Part shown: piece by piece, positions 54,731 through 64,000 of the stretch
How positions within the stretch are numbered: the stretch's first letter is position 1
Layout of the letters: every line of letters starts with the position of its first letter
Assembly: GCA_964016885.1 (NCBI GenBank)
Contig: OZ024744.1
Span: 83,948,001 to 84,012,000 of the forward strand
Length of the DNA stretch: 64,000 nt
From: Eledone cirrhosa
Taxonomy: Eukaryota
Direction: 5' to 3'
Program-made: the position numbers and the translations under genes
The notes under the pieces: generated by a model
Seen by the model: only the letters and a program-made list of their open reading frames with translations
Told to the model about the DNA's origin: nothing
Database searches by the model: none

Positions 54731-55238
54731 TAATCGACGTGTTTATTTACGTACGTGTAGGACAGTCAGAGTGAATGAATGTAATAATTTTTTTGCTTCG
54801 TGTATGTATTTCTCACGTGACAAAATACTTTACAAATATAGAAAAATATCATAAAACAATGAAAGTCTTGCGATAAATCCTCCATTTTTTTTTAATGCTT
54901 AGCCAGAAGGTGAAACATATCCTTTTCAGTTTTTACTATACTTATCTGTCTTTCTTTGCTTTTTACTTTATTTCTCTTTTTTTCCCCTTTTTTTTTCTTT
55001 TCAATGTGACTTCACTTAAAAGAGTTCTTTACTGCTGGTATAACGACATGTTTACTTCATTCAACAATATGTGTCAGATAAGGAAAACAAGCGATTTCTT
55101 TAGATATTCAAATTGCAAAGATATCTATCATGACACGTATAGCTACACACAAAAACATAAGCACTGGCGCACACGCTGGCACACGTTCGCCATTCGAAAA
55201 CAAACATGCACACATATGCATACATATACATTCATATA

Positions 55239-55335
<97 letters not shown>

Positions 55336-55572
55336 GTATTATAGACTCGCACACTCACAAGTTTTCGTTTACTTGTTCTACATTCAAACATTTCTTTGTT
55401 TATAAGAGGTTTATTCGCCACCTACATCATATCTAAGTATTCCAACCACTATCTATGCAATATATTTATATATGTGTGTGTGTGCGTGTGTGTATATATG
55501 TGTGTATACATTATAAATATTTAGACTAATATATACATACATATATTTGTGTACATACGTGTGTATATAGAC

Positions 55573-55612
<40 letters not shown>

Positions 55613-55695
55613 GCGCGCGTGTGTGTGCGTGTGTGTGTGTATGTTTATATACATTATATATATTTAGACTAATATATACATACATATATATGTGT

Positions 55696-55741
<46 letters not shown>

Positions 55742-56548
55742 GCGTGTGCGTGTGCGTGTGTGTATGTGTATATACATTATATATGAATAAAGTTAGTCCT
55801 TCATCAGTGATCTTCCAACCATCATTGGTATTTCATCGCTTTAAAGACCATATACCTCCGGTTGGTACGAGCAACGGCTAAAAAAAGTCGTTGGGACACG
55901 TAAATAAAGGGGACACGAGAGTGTAAACAAACAAAGATGGTGAAGCAACGAAAAATGAGGAAGAACGAGTCAAGTCCCAAATTTCCATGAATATAAGTTC
56001 GGTGAAATCGTGAACGAGAGAGAATAAAGACCATCAAACCTGGTTGGAATGTGAGCAAGGAAGGAATTCCGTACAGGTCTAACGGGAGGAAGAAGGAATC
56101 TAGTCTGTGAATTCGGTGAACATAACTTCTGTGAAATCGTAGACGAGAGAGAGAAAAAAGGCGAACCAGCCTGACCAAGCGTGCGAAAGAAAAGAATTAC
56201 GCACAGGTCAAACGGGAAGAAGGAGGTGGAGGAGAGGTACTAACAGAGAGTGAGTGAGTGAATGGTGAGGAAGAGGCTAACAGAGAGAGTGACTGTTAGA
56301 GAGGGTAAAGATACAGAGAAAGAGGAAGCAGTAAGAACGAAATAGACGGGTCACAGCGGGGGAAAAAAATATGTGTAAATATGGGAATAAACGTGCTGCG
56401 TGGTTGCAAATGGGGTACATATGAATAAAGTTTGTCCTTCATCATATATATACATATATATATGTGTATGTGTGTGTGTGTGAGAGAGTGAGAGAGAGAG
56501 ACATACATACATATATATATATATGAGTGTGTATGTATGTATGTATCT

Positions 56549-57010
56549 ATGTCAAAGGGCAAAGGAGCTCTTAAGAGTCAATGGCCATCCAAAATCACCG
56601 GGAGAGAGGACCCCTTAGCCTTTGTCAAGGCAGAATTCTAGGAGAAGGAAAACTCTGATATAACATCTGCAACTCTGATGGTATCCAATGATATTGACTT
56701 GTTCTTCTTTTTGGTAAATATCATCTTGGTTTAGAGAGTGGGACTGGCTTTGTGCAACGCCTTTGCTCACTATAAAAGCTTCACGGCACAGGCATTGCTT
56801 TATATCTGGAGATCTCTCTGCACTTATCGTCACATGGTACCATGAGCCCAGCACTATGTATCAATAATTGTCACAAGTGCAGTGTTTGTACCAGAGTTTT
56901 CAAGTCGCTGGCTGGACTAAAATCTCACACTTGTTCTGCGCATCGGTAGGAGTTCTCCTACATGGATATAAAGTAGTGGCCGTACTCGAAAACGAGTTGG
57001 CAGCCACCAT
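56549..57010 (+). mobile_element. Bipartite RTE-derived non-autonomous element
   Basis: RTE 5'-UTR-like TCTAGGAGAAGGAAAACTCTG fused to a CSVCTRVFKSLAGLKSH-coding 3' end and the GGCCGTACTCGAAAACGAG..GCC hairpin. Confidence 0.7.
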
Positions 57011-57399
57011 CTATGTATATAGTGGCTACATTTGGTTTCGAAAACTGCCATCTCTTGACCTTTTTGTCATATATAATCTGCACGAACATGACTTTTTACC
57101 CTTCCCTCGGACTTAGATCCATTTCTATATATATATATATGATGCGGTGAAAGAAAATAGAAAATGATATGCTCACACAATACACGTGAAAGTCATTTAG
57201 TCCAAGTGATGCCTGTGCTTGAAGAATTGTTAAGTGAATAAAGTCATTGCACTCTCCGAACAACGATGACAAGTATCCAAAACGAAGAGGCCAACATCAT
57301 TGGCCGCCATCGAGGAGTAAGTTTTATATCAGAATTTTTCTTCTCCTAGAATGATGTCCTAACAAAAAGTAGGGTATTGATGTTTTATTTAAATGTATA

Positions 57400-58085
57400 T
57401 AAGACGTACATGAAATTACAAAATGCCACCCTTGTGACGTTACACTGTGGTTGCAACGATTTTCCATTGATCATAGCTGCAGCGGAAACCTTTTTCTGTG
57501 AGTGTCCTTAGCTGGTCGCTTATAATTTTTTGTATGTTTTCCACCAAAGTCCGAAAATGACGATTCTTCAACTTCGATTTCAAATTAGGGAAGGGTGAGA
57601 AATCACATGGAGCTAGATCGGAGCGATCGGGAGGTGGGGAAGGATGGGAATATTTTTCTTCGGCAGAAATTCTCTAATTGAAAGTGTTGTGTGAGAAGGC
57701 ACGTTACCGTGAGGCAGTACTCAATCTCATGCAATGTCCTATCGGAGTCACTGGACAAGCTTTCGAAACGTTCCGAGACATCTTTGTAGAAGGATCAATT
57801 AACTGTCTGTCCTAATGGTAAAAATCATTTGTGAACAGCTGTCGAAAAAAATTATAACCATCGTTGTTTTCACGCTGGATCTGCTCATGTTGTGTGCTTT
57901 CTTCGGACAAGGAGAATTTTTCGTGTGTCACTTCTTACTTCGCCGTTTTGTCGCTGGATCGTACTCGAACATCTATGGTTATGGTTCTTCTGTTATTACT
58001 TTATCAATGATATTTGGCTCCATTTCAAGTCTTTCTATCAAATCCTAAGAAATTTCAAACTGGTGACCTTTTTTCTGCACAGACA
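57400..58085 (-). mobile_element. Decayed mariner transposase, C-terminal half
   Basis: FEYDPATKRRS, HGNVPSH and PPDRSDLAPCDF.PFPNLK (YSPDLAP-like). Confidence 0.75.
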
Positions 58086-58086
58086 A

Positions 58087-58129
<43 letters not shown>

Positions 58130-58200
58130 AACGAGTAGGACCCCGACGGCTCAAGCCGTTTCGACGGCTAATTCTGTGGTTCCTTACCACATTTCTTTCG

Positions 58201-58262
<62 letters not shown>

Positions 58263-58529
58263 TAAAACATGTCTATAGAATCACAAGATAAAATATATAC
58301 TATTTCCTCTCCCAATTAGCATAATTAACTATATAAAAAATCGAATAGACCAGGCTATAAGAATGAGGCTTCTATGAAGGAATCTCCGACAAATAACCAA
58401 AACTACCGCTTCGCGTCGGCCGTAGTGGAATATTTATCGAATATTTCGACAGCGTAATCGCCTAGATACAGTCAACTAAGCAGAATTAGGTTTAAAATAA
58501 ACTAGGAGAAAATAGAATACATTTAAATA

Positions 58530-58615
58530 CCTCTACCATGGTTTCGTCCGTGTTTTGAGTTTTCCAATAATTATGTAATAATTATATAAACTCGAGCGCC
58601 GGAATCTTCAGGAAG
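58530..58615 (-). ncRNA. Type I hammerhead ribozyme with a long stem II insertion
   Basis: CUUC-CUGAAGA-U UCCG..GAGUUU..AUAAUUAU/AUAAUUAU..AAACUC..CGGA C-GAAA-CCAUGG-UA/GAGG. Confidence 0.65.
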
Positions 58616-59057
58616 CTCGCTCATATCTAGACATTAAATTTTCCAAAACCATCGCGTCAAGAATTCATTTCAAAATGGCTAAAAATCGTGACGTAGTCGC
58701 GGTCAAGTTGGAAGGGGTGTGGTAGTTGCTTACGACTGGTGGCATTTTTGCTAGAAAGCACAGCACAATACAGCCAAATTTTTATCTCAACCTAGTGGGA
58801 GATTATTTCATATAAAAGTTTACATAAACACGTATATGTATGTGTATGTATATATATATATGTAAACTTTTATATATATATATATAAATGCATAATCGGA
58901 GGAAGCTAATAGCGATACTCCGGCCAAATTCCAACTCACTCAACAAACATTAGGAAATACCTGAGTATATTCCTAATTAAACGTTCGGGGTGCTAACTAA
59001 TTGTGTGGAAAATTGGCTGTATCATTTCATATGAGATATATCAAATATATCTCTTCC

Positions 59058-59102
<45 letters not shown>

Positions 59103-59113
<11 letters not shown>

Positions 59114-59684
59114 TGAAGCTGAGTGTCGTGTGTATGTATTATGTATGTATCCTACACACCTCCCTATAGTTTCTTAGCTTTACTCTCTCTGTCGCTCTTC
59201 ATTCTCAAATAATATAAAGCTGAGCGTCGTCTCTCTCTCTCGCTCTCTCCCTCTTTCACCCTCTCTATAATTTAAATGCTTTACTCTCTGTCTTACTTCA
59301 CTCTCTATATGACAACACTCTTTCACTTTCCGTAGAGATGAGCGTCGTATGTAAATTCGGTCAACACGTATGTATCCTACACACCTCCCTATAATTTCTT
59401 AGCTTTACTCTCTCCGTCGCTCTTCCCTCTCTCTATAATAGATCATTCACCCTCTCTATAATTTAACTGCTTTACTCTCTCTGACGCTCTTCACTCCCTA
59501 ATATTATAAAGCTGAGCGTCGTCGTCTCTCTCTCTCCCTATTTCACCCTCTCTAAAATGTAACTGCTTTACTCTCTGTCTCTCTTCACTCTCTATATGAC
59601 ACAGGTAATACATACATCAAAAGGCAACCCTGACAAATATAATAATGTATGTATCCCACACACTTTTCTGTCGTCGCTCGCATA

Positions 59685-59735
<51 letters not shown>

Positions 59736-59944
59736 AACACACACACACACACACACACAAATACACATACTTTCACACCTGATTTCACCAATTGCCGTTA
59801 ACATCAAAACAAAACACACAGGCACACACATGCATATACACAGACACACATACACATACACAAACACACACACATACACATATCTATACTTTATATGTAT
59901 GTATGTAAGATCATTCCCTCTCTTATTTAACTGCTTTACTCTCT
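59103..59944 (+). repeat. Degenerate tandem repeat of a Helitron-like 5' end and CT-rich unit
   Basis: TAAAGCTGAGCGTCGT and GCTTTACTCTCT recur several times. Confidence 0.45.
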
Positions 59945-60144
59945 NNNNNNNNNNNNNNNNNNNNNNNNNNNNNNNNNNNNNNNNNNNNNNNNNNNNNNNN
60001 NNNNNNNNNNNNNNNNNNNNNNNNNNNNNNNNNNNNNNNNNNNNNNNNNNNNNNNNNNNNNNNNNNNNNNNNNNNNNNNNNNNNNNNNNNNNNNNNNNNN
60101 NNNNNNNNNNNNNNNNNNNNNNNNNNNNNNNNNNNNNNNNNNNN
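59945..60144. other. Assembly gap (200 N)
   Basis: Run of n. Confidence 1.
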
Positions 60145-60420
60145 ATAACAGAACACACTCACTGTTTGGTTGGTTTTCGCTTTTCGCTTCTGTGTCATTT
60201 ATATCGGTAATCTAATTTACTCGATCCTCAATGTTGCCATTGACTGACCAACGGTCAAAAATAATACAGATACATTATAGACACAAACACATATATATAG
60301 TTTATCAAAGTTCTTTCGTTGCACATCTGCAACATCGTCAGTGGTGCTATTGTTTCCTCCCGTTACATTGTATGTCTAGGCCATCTTTATTTAGTCTGTT
60401 TATATATGTTATATATGGTA

Positions 60421-63400
60421 TATATGTATAATATAAAGCGAAGTTGGGCGTTGTTTGTTTGTTTCGTGTCCCGAACTTGCTGGCTACATCGTTCATCCGA
60501 TTTTCATGAAACTTGACACATATATAAAACTCGACACGTAGATTGGAATAGGCTACTGGAAATTTTCGAAATATCGATAATGGGGTCCCCAGAAGCCAAA
60601 AATCGATATTTTCAAAAAATCCTCCGATTTCGATGAAGCTCGACGCAAGTGTGTATTTTGATACGCGCATGAACGTGTGCTACATTAAAATTTCGATAAA
60701 ATTGATAATTGGATCACCAGAGGCAAAAATCGATTATTACGAAATTTGTCCGATTCCAATGAAATTTGACGTAGGTATGTATTTTGATGCGGGGATCAAC
60801 GTGGGAAAAATCCGACAACCGAAAAACGCCATTCTTCTTGCTTCCATTTGACGCGACTCCCGCCATGCAAAAAACGTTCAATCTATCAGGATTATCCACC
60901 GTAAGTCTCTTTAAATTAACGCTCACCATATTCAGCAAGCCTTTTATGCCGATTCTTCCATTTCTTATATAAGGACTATCAAGACTATACCGCCGCGCAT
61001 CATCCTGTATTGCACCCAGTCTTCTCAAGCGATCATCGAGCCTCCATGCGCTCTCTTCATTCCCGTGGTCCCACTACCGTAGCATAATGAGGCATCCGTC
61101 AACCCCTCCCCTCTCCCTTCCCTGTACGTCGTCGACCCACTGCATTGTTGTGCATCACCATGCGCATCTCTGCCTTGTCAGCCGCAATTCATTCCCCGGC
61201 CTTTTCCATTGCCTGCCCTCCGTAGTCCCTAAGGACTGCCACGGCTCAACATGCCGAATCCCTGCCACCGTCCACCCCTGCCCATTTCCATTGCCTACAC
61301 TCCGGGAGAGCTCAAGACTTCCATGCCTGACCAAGCCTCATCCCTGCCACCGTCAACCCCTGCCCTCTCCCTTCCCTGCACGCCGTCGTCCCACTGCATC
61401 ATCATGCCTCACCATGCCGCATTACTGCCCTGTCGGCCACCATCCCCTCCTCAGCCCTTTCTTTTGCCTGCCCGCCGTGCTCCTTCAGGACTGCCATGCC
61501 TAACCAAGCCGCATCCCTGTCACCATCAAGTCCTGCCCTCTCCCTTCCCTGCACGCCGTCGTCCCACTGCATCGTCATGCTTCACCATCCGCATCCATGC
61601 TCTGTCAGCCGCCATGCTCTCCCCTGCCCTCTCCCTTACCCGCCTGCATTGGTCCTTCACGAGTGCCATGGCTCACCATGCGGAATCCCTGCAACCATCA
61701 ATCCCGGCCATCTCCCTTCCCTGCACGCCGTCGACCCACTGTATCGTTATGCCTCACCATGCCGCATCCATGATCTGTCAGCCGCCATCCCTCCTCAGCC
61801 TTTTATTTTGCCTGCCCGCCGTGCTCCTTCAAATCTGCCATGCCTAACCAAGCCGCATCCTTGCCACCGTCAACCCCTGCCCTCTTCCTTGCCCGCACAC
61901 CTTGGTCCCTCACGACTGCCAAGGCTCACCATGCAGCATTCCTGCCCTGTTAGCAACTTGCTCAAATGTCATCAGCATGGTTTATTCCTGCGCTGCACAT
62001 AACCGCCGATTATCTCATATCAAAGACAGCACCGAACATGAAGACGATCCTGTATAAGTTTTTTTACATTCATTTTGACCATATTTAACAAAATTAAACA
62101 AAAATTCATCCCTTTCTCCTCCAAAGCCTACCGATCATGTATGGCCGATAAACATCCTGCCTTGCACCCGGTTTTCTCAAACAATTATCGTGTCCCGCGG
62201 TGCTCTCTACATTCCCGAGGTGCAACTCAATTGGCATGCCGCATCCACGCCCTGTCAGCCGCCATGCACCCTGCCATTTCGTCATGCCTCATCATGTTGC
62301 ATCCCTGGCCTGTCAGCCGCCATCCACTCCCCGACCCTTTCCACTGCCTAGGCATGGCAGTCTTGAGGGACCAAGTTGCATCCGTGCCACCGTCAACCCC
62401 TACCCTCTTCCTTGCCTGCTGGCCGTCGTCCAACTGCATCGTTATGCCTCAGCATCCATGCACTGTCAGCCACCATCTCCTCCTCGGCCCTTTCTTTTGC
62501 CTGACCGCTGTGCTCCTTCAAGACTCCCATGACTTTCTATGCCGCATCAATTCCTTTCCACCCGCTATAACGTCATCAGCATGGCTTATTGTTGCCCCAT
62601 TTGACCACCGATTTTCGCAGGCTAAACACAATACCAACGTGCACGATAGTCCATGGTAAATATTTTAATTACATGTTCATCATGCTAAGCAAAGGATGAA
62701 TAGCAACTCTTTCATTTCTCCTGACCTGCCTTTCTGTCAATTATGGCCGAGAAGCATCCTGTGTAGCATCGCGTCTTTTCAAGAGATCAGCGTGCCTTCC
62801 ACTGTCCTCACAATTGACTCACAACGCCGCATCTATTCCCTGCGACGCCCCTAAACATCATCAGCATGGCTTATTATTCTGCCGCGTTTAATCGGCCCTC
62901 ATTCTAGGGCTTAAACAACAAAACCGCAGGATGATGCTGCGTAAGTCTATTTAAATTAATGGTCAACATGCTCAGCAAAACAATTGTACCAATTCTTCCT
63001 CTTCACCTCCAAGGCCTATCCATTACATCTTAGAGGTCGAGGTTCACAATTTCTACGATTTCAATATTGACACAACAGTCCGTCAGGTTTTTCGGCACAT
63101 GTTGCTCCGATAGGAATATCAACGTGATTTTCACTTAATTCGTAAGTGTTCAGTCTTCCGTATGCTTTTATTTTTTATTGATACAACACCGACTACAATC
63201 ATCTAACTTCACTTTGTAGGCTAGACGCGAATCACAAGGAAAACAATCCTCTGATATACAACCCCACCAAATTCTTTGGTCTACCTAGATTTCAATGGCT
63301 ATATCCTTTGCTTTTATACGGTTGTACATTTGACAATGTCGCAAAACATTATTCCACTTGATTCTTACCTTTCAGCTATGAGTTGGGCAGTGCCTTAAAA

Positions 63401-63664
63401 TCCCGGTTTATTTGCGTGCAATTTTTTGGTATCTTGTGAATGGAGAATCGAAAACCCTTTTTCTCATAACCTGATACATGCGTTACACATGCACCATGGA
63501 TGTTTGTGGACTATTTTTTCAAAATACCAATATCACAGATTGGAGCACAAAAAGAAACGTTTGTTTTTAATTTATTTCGGTTAAAGCATCCTGCTGGAAT
63601 TTAGCGCAGACCCGTTTACACCCAGCGCCTTATAACCCCGAGTGTAACCGGGTACACCAGCTAG
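60421..63664 (+). mobile_element. Non-autonomous Helitron-like element (~3.2 kb)
   Basis: 5' TATAATATAAAG..GTTTGTTTGT..CCGATTTTCATGAAACTT. 3' hairpin CCCGAGTGTAACCGGG followed by CTAG. Confidence 0.55.
61095..62600. repeat. GC-rich ~172-bp tandem repeat inside the Helitron-like element
   Basis: CCRTCAACCCCTGCCCTCTCCCTTCCCTGCACGCCGTCG recurs at ~61096, 61349, 61522, 61695 and 61867, with a looser copy near 62390. Confidence 0.8.
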
Positions 63665-64000
63665 AAAGACAAATGGAAACATTGTTTCCTCGGTCCGATT
63701 TGACGAAAATCGATTTAGTTCCACAACAAATTAACAAACCCTAGACACAATTTTGATCAACTGTTTTTCACCTATAGCAAATTTACCGGGGTAGGTTTTT
63801 AACTACTCAAAGCTACTTCAAAGGTCACGCATTCATATAAAAAATCAATAAAACTGAAGCGAGGTTCGACTTTGCGCAAAAAACAAGGCAAAATTGCACA
63901 TGGGAAAACTTTTTACAGGAACGTCCGATTTTCTTGAAAACTGTCGCAAAAGACTCGCCCTTATGTCACGGTTCAGATAAAGTCCCTTTAATTTCTTCTT

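Overview
Repeat-dominated animal genomic DNA, most likely an octopus-like cephalopod. That assignment is inferred from the extreme (AT)n/(CA)n/(TACA)n density and the SINE types. No convincing host gene is present, and nearly all ORFs in the supplied track are microsatellite artefacts. The window holds decayed LINEs (Tx1, R4/Dong, RTE), a near full-length Penelope-like element with ~530-bp pseudo-LTRs, DNA transposon relics (Chapaev3-like, mariner, Helitron-like), dozens of tRNA-derived SINEs, a U6 snRNA retrocopy fused to a SINE/LINE tail, and a 200-N gap. The most notable signal is a set of about nine type-I hammerhead ribozyme motifs, folded by eye, in unrelated elements, mostly in or near (AT)n tracts. 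They include a non-coding 631-bp tandem repeat with one well-formed hammerhead per unit (retrozyme-like, predicted 631-nt monomer or circular RNA). They also include U3-A8 core-variant hammerheads in both Penelope pseudo-LTRs.
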